Assembly (NCBI GenBank): GCA_041661045.1
Contig: JBAZVE010000001.1
Span: 960,001-992,000, forward strand
DNA length: 32,000 bases
DNA from: Candidatus Saccharimonadota bacterium
Lineage (GTDB): Bacteria; Patescibacteriota; Gracilibacteria; UBA1369; 2-02-FULL-48-14
Reading direction: 5' to 3'
Both the position numbers and the translations under genes were made by a program. Under the pieces are notes generated by a model. That model made no database searches and was not told the DNA's origin. It saw only the letters and a program-made list of their open reading frames with translations. Positions 24,285-32,000 of this stretch are shown here, one piece after another (within the stretch, counting starts at the first letter, position 1; the number at the start of each line of letters is the position of its first letter).

Positions 24285-24964
24285 ATCCAGGATTTTTAAT
24301 TATTGATAAAGCCTCCGGCTGGACCAGCCACGATGTTGTTGCCAAATTGCGCGGCATTTTAAAAGAAAAGAAGATTGGTCATTTGGGCACCCTTGATCCT
24401 TTGGCCACCGGGGTTTTGGTGGTGGCGGTGGGGAGACAGGCCACCAAACAAATCCAGCATTTCATGAAGCTGGATAAGGAATACACCGTGGAATTGGAGT
24501 TGGGGAAGACCTCGGACACTTATGATAGTGAGGGAAAGGTGCAAGAGACCGGATTTGACCTTGGGAAGTTGGATAAAAAACTTGTTCAAGAGGCACTGGA
24601 GAGTTTTTGGGGAAAATCCATGCAAATGCCTCCGGCTTTTTCCGCTAAAAAAATCAATGGTAAAAAGGCTTATGAGTTGGCGCGAGCCGGCAAGCCTGTG
24701 GAACTTAAACCGGTGGAAGTGACTATGCAGGGCAAGGACATTACGGTGGATTTTCCTTTTGTACGATTCACGGTCACGGTGAGCAGCGGAACCTACATCC
24801 GTTCTTTGGCTCACGATTTGGGTCAAAAACTGGCCTGCGGCGCCATCCTCACCGCCCTCCGCCGCACTCGCGTTGGGGACTTTAAGATTGAGGATGCACA
24901 CTCCTTGGATCAGATTGCAAAGGCGCAAACAGAGCCCCCAAAAGCCCCCTTGACTCTTCCGTGA
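24281..24964 (+). CDS. truB: tRNA pseudouridine(55) synthase
   Basis: GHLGTLDPLATGVLVVAVG (catalytic Asp motif) and MQMPPAFSAKKINGKKAYELAR. At 227 aa it appears to lack a C-terminal PUA domain. Confidence 0.95.
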   Translation: MNPGFLIIDKASGWTSHDVVAKLRGILKEKKIGHLGTLDPLATGVLVVAVGRQATKQIQHFMKLDKEYTVELELGKTSDTYDSEGKVQETGFDLGKLDKKLVQEALESFWGKSMQMPPAFSAKKINGKKAYELARAGKPVELKPVEVTMQGKDITVDFPFVRFTVTVSSGTYIRSLAHDLGQKLACGAILTALRRTRVGDFKIEDAHSLDQIAKAQTEPPKAPLTLP

Positions 24965-24977
24965 ATGATGCTATAAT
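24950..24977 (+). promoter_or_regulatory. Near-consensus sigma70 promoter with extended -10: TTGACT-N16-TGcTATAAT
   Basis: ttgact at 24950-24955, tg at 24969-24970, tataat at 24972-24977. The -35 lies in the last truB codons, and the -10 is 30 nt upstream of ATG 25007. Confidence 0.55.
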
Positions 24978-25006
24978 GCCAGCTCTTTTATCGCCCTGCA
25001 TTATTT

Positions 25007-26074
25007 ATGTCTAGTCCTAATCCTGACAAAGCTTTAACCCTTTTTACTGGGGAACTCAGTTCCGGTGGGACTTCTTTTGAAGATCAGATTAGGGCTATTC
25101 AAGGTCTAAGTTTTATTGAGAGGTCTCGCTTGGGCTTCAATCTCTCTCAGGATGTTATTTTACCAACAACGGAGTCATTGCGACTGGCTTTGACAGAAAC
25201 GAGTGGAGCCTTGTCTGAACTGAGGCGCACTCATAGCTCCTTATCTCCTACACCTTCATATCATGGAGCTCCATCAGCTAAATTTGATCCTGTCTTTTCT
25301 TGTCTATTAAAAGGGAGAGAGGTCCAGGTTAGCCTTGAGGACAATCGTATGCTGCACAATGTTGAAGGTGGGCCACCCGTTGTTACACAGAAAAAGGAGT
25401 GGGATCCGTTTGTCCACAAACATGTTTTTAAGGATGTTGGAGTAAAGGCCCCCCTGGTTTGTGTTGAGGAAAAGGGTTGGACCTTACGGTGGGATGATGT
25501 TCAAGCAGCAGAGTCGTCTGGCGACGACGGTTATGCCCTTGCGGTGCCTTCTTTGAGACAGTTGCGAGTGGCTCGCACGACCTATCCGAGCCTGGCCTGC
25601 CCCGATTTTCCCTCCCCCGATTTTTATCCTTTTTATTCGCGAGGACCGCAAGGAATGGATCCTACTACTTTTGGAGAGCGAGCTGTATCTGCGGGTCCCT
25701 ACTTTGAGGATACTGTTCGCTTCAGTGGCCCACGCAATGGCGCTACCCTTGCATGGAAGCTGTATCACAGCCCCTCCTTGGATAATCTTTTTGGGAAATA
25801 TATAGAACCCTTCACTGGACATTCCTGTGCTTCTCTTGCAGAGTGGCGTGTGAATTCGTCCGTTCCAGGAAGCGAGCATTATAGGCCGTTGACCGAGCTG
25901 TTTGGGCCCACATCGATACCAGACTTGCTTACGATCAATAGCTTTCTTCAAGAACTTCGAGGGCTTATTCAACTTATTAATGGTGATCTGATCCCTCAAA
26001 TAAAGGAGAAGAACTTGGGTATGATCATGAATGCTTCTGCGCAGGCTCTCGGAGGTAAAGGTGGTCTTTTCTGA
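25007..26074 (+). CDS. Hypothetical protein (355-aa orphan)
   Basis: ATG start, with no signal peptide, TM or motif that I recognise. Pro/Ser-rich stretches are present (SLSPTPSYHGAPS, CPDFPSPDFYPFYS). Codon style differs from neighbours (frequent AGG, CTA, TTA, AGT). It has its own strong promoter-like element. Confidence 0.6.
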   Translation: MSSPNPDKALTLFTGELSSGGTSFEDQIRAIQGLSFIERSRLGFNLSQDVILPTTESLRLALTETSGALSELRRTHSSLSPTPSYHGAPSAKFDPVFSCLLKGREVQVSLEDNRMLHNVEGGPPVVTQKKEWDPFVHKHVFKDVGVKAPLVCVEEKGWTLRWDDVQAAESSGDDGYALAVPSLRQLRVARTTYPSLACPDFPSPDFYPFYSRGPQGMDPTTFGERAVSAGPYFEDTVRFSGPRNGATLAWKLYHSPSLDNLFGKYIEPFTGHSCASLAEWRVNSSVPGSEHYRPLTELFGPTSIPDLLTINSFLQELRGLIQLINGDLIPQIKEKNLGMIMNASAQALGGKGGLF

Positions 26075-26141
26075 TTCAAGTTTCCTGTGGACTCGGTGAC
26101 TGCGCCGTGAGTAAAATGAGGGAAAGGTTTTTCCCTTGTTT

Positions 26142-27188
26142 ATGTCCTTCTCTATTTTCATCACCGCGTTTGGATTCACTGCTGCTTTTGCGTGGGGGGC
26201 TTTGCGGCTTTTTCCGCGATTGGGGCTTATGGATAGGCCGGAGCGGTATGGGCATAAACGATCGCCGATTCCATATCCGGGCGGGGTGGCGAGTTTTTTT
26301 GCTTTCTTGGCCACGGTGGCTTTGGCTTTCCCCGGAGTGGGAGGCAATGCGGTTTTGGTTTCGGTTTTGGCGGGAGCCAGTTTGCTGGCCTTCACCTGTT
26401 TTTTGGATGATCGCTTCGGTTTGTCTCCTTATTTGAGACTTCTTATTCAAGTGCTGGTTGCTTTTTGTGTTGTGGCAGGAGGTGTGGGCATCAGCTCCAT
26501 CACCAATCCTTTTGGAGATCCCTTGGTTTTAGATGGTCTTAATATTCCCTTTCACTTTGGAAATTTGGCTTTTACGCTCACGGTTTTTGCAGACATCCTT
26601 ACGGTGGCGTGGGTGGTGACTATGGTGAATGCGTTCAACTGGATTGATGGAGTCCCAGGCATGGCGAATGCCAGTGCGGCGACCGCGAGTTTTATTTTAT
26701 TGCTGCTCAGCATGAGGCCCGATTTTCACTTTGTAGATCAAACGCTTTCCATTGCTCTCTCGGCCACCATTTTGGGGCTTAGCCTCGGATTTTTGATCTT
26801 TGATTTTCCAAAACCCAAGATGTTGATGGGCGACACGGGCTCCATGCTTTTGGGATTCTTATTGGCGGTTACGGCCATTATTTCCGGTGGGAAAATTGCC
26901 ACCACCATTTTGGTTTTGGGCTTCCCCATTCTGGATTTTGTGTGGGTGATTTTGCGCCGTTTGTTTAAGGGTCAGTCGCCTTTTAAGGGAGACTTGGGGC
27001 ATTTTCATCATCGTTTGCTGCGGGCCGGATTTTCGGATCGACAGGTGGTGATTTTATTTGCGCTCACCGGGGGACTTTTTGGCGGCATTTCTCTTTTGCT
27101 CCACACGGAGGGCAAGCTCATTGCATTGGCGCTTCTTGCGGGCGGAATGCTTGTGCTTCTCACTTTGCTTTACGCAAAAAAAGAGTAA
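26142..27188 (+). CDS. Glycosyltransferase family 4, WecA/TagO-like polyprenyl-phosphate sugar-1-phosphate transferase
   Basis: LGLMDRPERYGHKRSPIPYPGGVA, FLDDRFGLSP, VNAFNWIDGVPGMA, GDTGSMLLGFLLA and GHFHHRLL are WecA/TagO-type rather than MraY-type motifs. The track start at 26136 is a TTG; ATG 26142 is preferred. Confidence 0.9.
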   Translation: MSFSIFITAFGFTAAFAWGALRLFPRLGLMDRPERYGHKRSPIPYPGGVASFFAFLATVALAFPGVGGNAVLVSVLAGASLLAFTCFLDDRFGLSPYLRLLIQVLVAFCVVAGGVGISSITNPFGDPLVLDGLNIPFHFGNLAFTLTVFADILTVAWVVTMVNAFNWIDGVPGMANASAATASFILLLLSMRPDFHFVDQTLSIALSATILGLSLGFLIFDFPKPKMLMGDTGSMLLGFLLAVTAIISGGKIATTILVLGFPILDFVWVILRRLFKGQSPFKGDLGHFHHRLLRAGFSDRQVVILFALTGGLFGGISLLLHTEGKLIALALLAGGMLVLLTLLYAKKE

Positions 27189-27215
27189 GATTTCCGTGAT
27201 ATTCACTCCAACGCC

Positions 27216-27746
27216 ATGAAAATATTTTCACTTCTCGTTCTATCATCTCTGCTTTTTACGGCCTGCCAGGTGCGTGAAAAAACGGACGAATCCCCTGTGG
27301 ATGAAGAGGTCTTTGTGGAACTCAGCTCTGAGGGAGGGCTTGTACCCGCTCAGCTTGAGGCCAGTTTTATGAGCGATCATCAATCGTTTTCTTATAGCTT
27401 TCGATACGACAGCAGTTTGCTTCAAGTTTTGGATACTCCTTTGGAAGGGGCTTCTAAATTTGGAGCGAGCTTTCAAGTGACCGGCGGGGCTGAAATTATT
27501 GCGATGAGCGAATGGCTTTCTGATCTTGATATTGTCCCCGAACTGTCGGCTTCTCAAGTGTGGGGTCGTAATCAAGTCTATAGATACCTTGTCCCTGAGG
27601 GAGTCTGCACCTTGGATCGCGCGGTGATTCGCAGTGCCGAAGAAGGCTTGGTGATTCAGATGCGTTTGTGCCCGGGAGATGATGCTGAACTTGGGAAAGA
27701 AGCTTTTGAAAGTCTGCTCACTGGAGTAAACTTGAAGAGTCTCTAA
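27216..27746 (+). CDS. Lipoprotein, unknown function
   Basis: 176 aa. Signal MKIFSLLVLSSLLFTAC with a lipobox Cys. The mature part is acidic. Confidence 0.7.
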   Translation: MKIFSLLVLSSLLFTACQVREKTDESPVDEEVFVELSSEGGLVPAQLEASFMSDHQSFSYSFRYDSSLLQVLDTPLEGASKFGASFQVTGGAEIIAMSEWLSDLDIVPELSASQVWGRNQVYRYLVPEGVCTLDRAVIRSAEEGLVIQMRLCPGDDAELGKEAFESLLTGVNLKSL

Positions 27747-27771
27747 ATTTTAATCTATAAATATTTTTGAC

Positions 27772-28263
27772 ATGAAAAACTCTCTACTTGTCATCTTTTC
27801 TTCTTTATTCCTTCTTGCGTGTTCGACCCCAGCGCTGCCTGTCGAAGAGGGTGAGCCTGAGGTTTCAGCATCGGAGGTGGTGGTGTGGCAAGATATTGCA
27901 TTTACTCTTCCTGAGGGTTGGACTGCTGAAGAACAAATGCAAGGTTACGATATCTCTGTTCCTGATGAAAATTATGAAGTGACCTTGGTTTGGACTGTGT
28001 CTCAAGAATCTGAAGGGGCATTACCTTTGGAAGGAAGCGAGGTGGAAACCACTACGGAGGGTATACAGCTTTATAATATTGGGTGTGGAGGGGCTTACTA
28101 CTGTGGAAACTTTGCTTATGCCGGACAGGCTTATAGTTACGGCTTTCAGGTGAGAAGCACGCAGCCCGTCCCTGAGAATTTGGATGGGGTTTGGACTCCT
28201 GATACGGATGTGACTCAAGAAGATTTGGAGGATTTCATTGCTAGCGCTCATCTGGCGGACTAG
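27772..28263 (+). CDS. Lipoprotein, unknown function
   Basis: 163 aa. Signal MKNSLLVIFSSLFLLAC with a lipobox Cys. The mature part is acidic. Confidence 0.7.
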   Translation: MKNSLLVIFSSLFLLACSTPALPVEEGEPEVSASEVVVWQDIAFTLPEGWTAEEQMQGYDISVPDENYEVTLVWTVSQESEGALPLEGSEVETTTEGIQLYNIGCGGAYYCGNFAYAGQAYSYGFQVRSTQPVPENLDGVWTPDTDVTQEDLEDFIASAHLAD

Positions 28264-28290
28264 AATGGAGGCTCCTAAGCCCTTTATTGA

Positions 28291-30057
28291 ATGGATCCGG
28301 TACAAGAAATCAAATCGAAGCTTTCCATTGAGGACATTGTTGCGCCGTTTGTACAACTGAAACGCAGTGGGAAGTATTTGAAGGCGTGTTGCCCCTTCCA
28401 TTCCGAAAAAACACCGAGCTTTTATGTGAGTCCCGAGCGGCAATTGGCCTACTGTTTCTCCTGCCACAAGGGAGGGGATATGTTTCAGTTTATTCAAGAT
28501 ATTGAGAGCCTGGATTTTAGAGGGGCCCTGGAACTTTTGGCGGATAAGGCTCATGTGGACTTGCCCAAATTCTCCGGGAAACAGGAAAAGGTTTCTAAGG
28601 ATGTGAAGGACCGCTTGAAGTTGATTTGTGACGATGCGAACAATTTTTTTGTTCAAAAATTGCATGAGAAAGGGGATGCGGAAAAAGTGTATGCGTACTT
28701 AAAAGCCCGGGGCCTCACGAAGGAATCCATTCAAAAGTTCCAGCTTGGCTTTGCGCCTGAAGGGAGGGACGAGCTTTATCGCCACCTTTTGGCCAAGGGC
28801 CATGAGAAACAGGATATTTTGGAAAGTTCTTTGGCTCTGGCCCGGGATTCCGGAGCTCAAGAAGTTTCGGACCGATTCAAACTTCGGCTCATGGTTCCCA
28901 TTCACAACGCGCAGGGTGAGGTGATTGCTTTTGGAGGTCGCGCGCTCAAAAAAGGGGATCAGCCCAAGTACCTCAATTCCTCTGAATTTGCGCTTTATAA
29001 TAAGAGTTCGGTTCTTTACAACTTGAATCGGGCCAAAAATGCGATTCGGGAACAGGATTTTGTGGTGGTGGTGGAAGGGTACTTTGATGGCATCGCTTCC
29101 GATCAAGCGGGAGTGGAGAATGCCGTGGCCACTTGCGGGACGGCCCTTACGGAAGAACAGCTCAAGTTGATTCGTCGCTATACAAAGAAAATTGCTTTTG
29201 CTTTTGATAAAGATGCCGCGGGTCAGGCGGCGCTGCTTCGGGGGGTGGAATTGGCTCAGCCGCTTGGGTTTGAACTTTTTGTGGTGGAAGTTCCTCTTGG
29301 GAAGGATGCGGCGGATAGCGTGAAGGAAGACCCCAAGCTTTGGCAGGATGCGGTTTCCACTAAAAAACCGTATTTGGATTACTTTTTGGAACAGGGTTTG
29401 GCTAAATTTGATCTTAAAACAGCGCAAGGGAAACGAGATTTTACCGACTATTTCATCGCTATTCTCAAAGGCACCGCACATCCCATTGAAATGGATCATT
29501 ATATTAAGGAACTCTCTAAGCTGGTGGGATCTCCTTCTCGGATGCTCTACGATTACTTGAATCAGATTAAATCTCAACGCACACACACGCGCGTAAAAAC
29601 TCCAAAAGAGGAAAAGGTGAAACTTTCTAAACGAGACCGTTTGTCTCGGGAGTTCGTGGCCCTGCTCTTGGCCTTCCCCAAGGTGTTTTTTGAGCTTTGG
29701 AAGAGTCTGGAACATTTCGATGCTTTCCAGGCTTTGGCGGAGTCCACGAATCTTATTCAACGATCCGACAGGCTGACTGCCGAGCATCATCGTGCTTTTT
29801 ATAGCGATTTTGCACAGTTTTTGGGGGAAGAACGATCTATTTACAAGAGGGTACTGGATTACTATAATGCCCAGGACACGGTGGACGACTTGTTTTATGC
29901 TGGACTTGAAGATGGAATGGCTCTGAGCACACTTGCGCTTGGCGCCGAAAAAGATTTCTCCAGTGCTGATGAGGTTAAAAAAGAGTTCGAGAAGCTCGTC
30001 ACCAAGCTCTACTTTGAATCGCTCAATAGTCTCCCTGAAGTCCCCTCTGCTCCCTAA
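28291..30057 (+). CDS. dnaG: DNA primase
   Basis: CHC2 zinc finger CPFHSEKTPSFYVSPERQLAYCFSCHKGGD and TOPRIM motifs VVVVEGYFD and AFDKDAAGQAA. 588 aa. Confidence 0.97.
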   Translation: MDPVQEIKSKLSIEDIVAPFVQLKRSGKYLKACCPFHSEKTPSFYVSPERQLAYCFSCHKGGDMFQFIQDIESLDFRGALELLADKAHVDLPKFSGKQEKVSKDVKDRLKLICDDANNFFVQKLHEKGDAEKVYAYLKARGLTKESIQKFQLGFAPEGRDELYRHLLAKGHEKQDILESSLALARDSGAQEVSDRFKLRLMVPIHNAQGEVIAFGGRALKKGDQPKYLNSSEFALYNKSSVLYNLNRAKNAIREQDFVVVVEGYFDGIASDQAGVENAVATCGTALTEEQLKLIRRYTKKIAFAFDKDAAGQAALLRGVELAQPLGFELFVVEVPLGKDAADSVKEDPKLWQDAVSTKKPYLDYFLEQGLAKFDLKTAQGKRDFTDYFIAILKGTAHPIEMDHYIKELSKLVGSPSRMLYDYLNQIKSQRTHTRVKTPKEEKVKLSKRDRLSREFVALLLAFPKVFFELWKSLEHFDAFQALAESTNLIQRSDRLTAEHHRAFYSDFAQFLGEERSIYKRVLDYYNAQDTVDDLFYAGLEDGMALSTLALGAEKDFSSADEVKKEFEKLVTKLYFESLNSLPEVPSAP

Positions 30058-30066
30058 CACCGCTCC

Positions 30067-31374
30067 ATGGCGCGAACCAAAAAGTTTATTGCTCACTTCT
30101 CTGAAGAGAATTTAGCCAAATACCCTCAAGAAGTCCGTGATTTGATCGATAAAGGTCGCCAACGCGGCTTTGTGACGCAACAGGAATTGATGCATGCTTT
30201 GCCAAACCTGGAAGAGGATATTGAATTTGCGGATGAGGTCTACACGCTGCTTTTGGAGCTTGGAATCGATTTGATTGATGTGAAGGATGAGATGATTTGG
30301 GGAAAGAAGGAATCGGAAGAAGAGGAGCCTGCGGATGAAGACTTAATGGATGAGGAATTGATTAAGCTGGCGGAAGCAGACGATCTTGGGGAAGAGTTTT
30401 CTGAAGAAGTGACGGAGACCGAAGAAGAGGCGGAAGAACGCGTGGCCAAGAAGAAGAAAAAAGATAAGGCGGATAAAGACCATGCGGCGGCTGTGGAAGC
30501 GGCAGCTAAGAAAAAAGAAAGGAGCAAAAAAACAGTGGATCTTTCGGAAATTGCGAACGATTCCATCCGTATGTATCTTTGTGAAATCGGTAAGGTGGAC
30601 TTGCTCACGGCTAAAGAAGAAGCGGATTTGGCGCGAAAGATTGCTAAAGGAGATCAATCGGCCAAAGCTAAGTTGGCGGAGGCTAATCTTCGTTTAGTGG
30701 TTTCTATCGCAAAAAAATACATTGGTCGTGGACTTTCGTTCTTGGATCTTATCCAGGAGGGAAATATTGGTTTGTTCCGAGCCGTAGAGAAATTTGATCC
30801 CAATCGAGGGTTCAAGTTCTCCACTTATGCAACTTGGTGGATTCGTCAGGCCATCACTCGTGCTATTGCGGATCAAGCGCGCACCATTCGTATTCCGGTG
30901 CACATGGTGGAAACCATCAACAAGCTGACGCACACCCAACGCCGTTTGGTGCAGGAGCTTGGGCGGGAACCTCTGGTGGAAGAGCTGGCTGCGGAAATGG
31001 ATATGGATGAGAAAAAGGTTCGTCATATTCTTAAAATCTCTCAGGATATTGTTTCTTTGGAGGCTCCGGTTGGGGCCGAAGAGGACAGCAAGCTTGGAGA
31101 CTTTATTGAAGATGATGATGCGCTTTCTCCTTCCGAGCAGACCAACCGTCAGCTCATTAAGGAAAATATTCACGAGATGCTTCAATACCTTTCTCCACGA
31201 GAACGAAAGATTATTGAAATGCGATTTGGACTTAAAGATGGTATTGGTCACACTTTGGAAGAGGTGGGCAATGAGTTTGGAGTGACCCGAGAACGGATTC
31301 GACAGATTGAAGCCAAGGTCCTTCATAAGCTGCGTGAACACCCAAAGAGTGTTAAAATCCGCGCATATTTCTGA
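30067..31374 (+). CDS. rpoD: RNA polymerase sigma factor RpoD (primary sigma70)
   Basis: Region 2 [53 protein letters not shown] and region 4 [28 protein letters not shown]. Located immediately after dnaG. Confidence 0.97.
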   Translation: MARTKKFIAHFSEENLAKYPQEVRDLIDKGRQRGFVTQQELMHALPNLEEDIEFADEVYTLLLELGIDLIDVKDEMIWGKKESEEEEPADEDLMDEELIKLAEADDLGEEFSEEVTETEEEAEERVAKKKKKDKADKDHAAAVEAAAKKKERSKKTVDLSEIANDSIRMYLCEIGKVDLLTAKEEADLARKIAKGDQSAKAKLAEANLRLVVSIAKKYIGRGLSFLDLIQEGNIGLFRAVEKFDPNRGFKFSTYATWWIRQAITRAIADQARTIRIPVHMVETINKLTHTQRRLVQELGREPLVEELAAEMDMDEKKVRHILKISQDIVSLEAPVGAEEDSKLGDFIEDDDALSPSEQTNRQLIKENIHEMLQYLSPRERKIIEMRFGLKDGIGHTLEEVGNEFGVTRERIRQIEAKVLHKLREHPKSVKIRAYF

Positions 31375-31420
31375 TCCCTCGGCCCTGCCCGAGTCTTACT
31401 GTTTGTCTAACCCACTATTT

Positions 31421-31948
31421 ATGTCTAAAGCTATGACTCAAAAAAGTACCGGATCCAAAAAGGCCATTGTTGCCACCGGAGATGAAGAACTTCTTGTGAC
31501 CAAGGAAGGTCTCAAGGCTCTCCATGAAGAATTGGAATTTTTGTCCACCACTCGCAGGAAGCAAGTGGCTGAACGGCTCAAAGAAGCCATCAGTTATGGA
31601 GATCTTTCCGAGAACTCTGAGTATGAGGAAGCTAAGAATGAGCAGGCTTTTGTGGAGGGCCGTATTATTGAGCTGGAAGGAATGATTAAGATCGCCAAGG
31701 CGGTGGATGAGAAGCAGCATTCTAAAAAAGTAGTGGAGATTGGAGCCAAGGTTAAAATTTCCAACACCAAGAAAAAAGAAGAGATGGAAATCACGATTGT
31801 GGGTGCCACCGAAGCAGATCCTTTCAACGGCCGAATCTCTAATGAGTCTCCCATTGGAACCGCTTTGCTGGGAAGCAAAGTGGGGGATGTTGTTACGGTA
31901 GACGCTCCTGTCGGAAAGTTGGAATACGAGGTGCTTAAACTCTCTTAG
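31421..31948 (+). CDS. greA: Transcription elongation factor GreA
   Basis: LVTKEGLKALHEELEFL...AISYGDLSENSEYEEAKNEQAFVEGRIIELE and C-terminal ISNESPIGTALLGSKVGD. The ORF extends upstream into rpoD; ATG 31421 (MSKAMTQ...) avoids the overlap. Confidence 0.95.
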   Translation: MSKAMTQKSTGSKKAIVATGDEELLVTKEGLKALHEELEFLSTTRRKQVAERLKEAISYGDLSENSEYEEAKNEQAFVEGRIIELEGMIKIAKAVDEKQHSKKVVEIGAKVKISNTKKKEEMEITIVGATEADPFNGRISNESPIGTALLGSKVGDVVTVDAPVGKLEYEVLKLS

Positions 31949-32000
31949 TCTTTTTCTTTCCTTTCTTTTTGGGCAGATACTTGTCGGTCTTTTTCTGGTC

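Noticed and set aside
25484-26395. 303-aa minus-strand ORF opposite the 355-aa orphan and the GT4 gene start
   Set aside because: It overlaps the well-supported GT4 N-terminus, and its translation is Lys/Arg/Ser-rich low complexity. The plus-strand orphan has an ATG preceded by a near-consensus promoter. Some doubt remains because the orphan itself has no homology support.
28699-30096. 465-aa antisense ORF across dnaG (and 30694-31341 opposite rpoD)
   Set aside because: It is strikingly long but lies entirely opposite dnaG, which has zinc-finger and TOPRIM motifs. The product is Phe/Lys/Arg/Leu-rich with no features. This is a typical stop-poor antisense frame.
30301-30531. Highly charged Glu/Lys-rich insert in RpoD (aa ~79-155)
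   Set aside because: The region between sigma regions 1.1 and 1.2 is commonly acidic and length-variable in primary sigma factors, so this is not unusual.
31368-31383. Hairpin ctcgg-ccctgc-ccgag after the rpoD stop as an intrinsic terminator
   Set aside because: The stem is only 5 bp and no proper U-tract follows. greA starts 38 nt later and may be co-transcribed.
1-32000. Search for CRISPR arrays, tRNA/rRNA genes, transposases, integrases and long DNA-level direct or inverted repeats
   Set aside because: No intergenic region exceeds ~230 nt, and none shows a cloverleaf or spaced-repeat structure by eye. No transposase or integrase motif appears in any ORF. The only repeats found are protein-level modules inside the 1605-aa gene.
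1-32000. Alternative genetic code (e.g. UGA=Gly, as in Gracilibacteria/SR1)
   Set aside because: All recognisable genes are full length under the standard code, several ending at TGA. No in-frame TGA read-through is needed.

Overview
Mostly housekeeping window, apparently from a small-genome bacterium. I infer a CPR/Patescibacteria-like lineage from these traits: archaeal-type TIM, an archaeal RibL-like FAD synthase, an N-terminally short MurE, a PUA-less TruB, a TrmB regulator, a DUF222-like HNH protein, and no visible Shine-Dalgarno motifs. All recognisable genes read through in the standard code. I saw no rRNA, tRNA, CRISPR array or transposase.

Gene order:
- Minus strand, 1-3262: recO (partial, missing from the ORF track), ftsX, RibL-like nucleotidyltransferase, small membrane protein, and two orphan ORFs in a lower-GC patch.
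- Plus strand, 3520-5915: gatC, gatA, S51 peptidase.
- TrmB regulator (minus) divergent from glnA (plus).
- Minus-strand block, 8298-18593: holA, a 1605-aa hyperacidic Cys-rich secreted giant, an unannotated 50-aa lipoprotein, and a 1438-aa giant without a signal peptide.
- Plus strand: archaeal-type tpiA and a Wzy_C/O-antigen-ligase-like protein.
- Minus strand: orphan ORF, HNH protein, host-attachment-like protein.
- Plus strand: riboflavin kinase, murE, truB, a 355-aa orphan with its own near-consensus promoter, a WecA/TagO-like GT4 transferase, two lipoproteins, dnaG, rpoD, greA.

The best candidate for an undescribed system is the 9.3-kb cassette at 9274-18593: giant, micro-lipoprotein, giant. 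It is packed head-to-tail and runs straight into holA. I could place neither giant in any family I know. All homology calls rest on motif recognition by eye, and GC statements are visual estimates; nothing was computed or searched.
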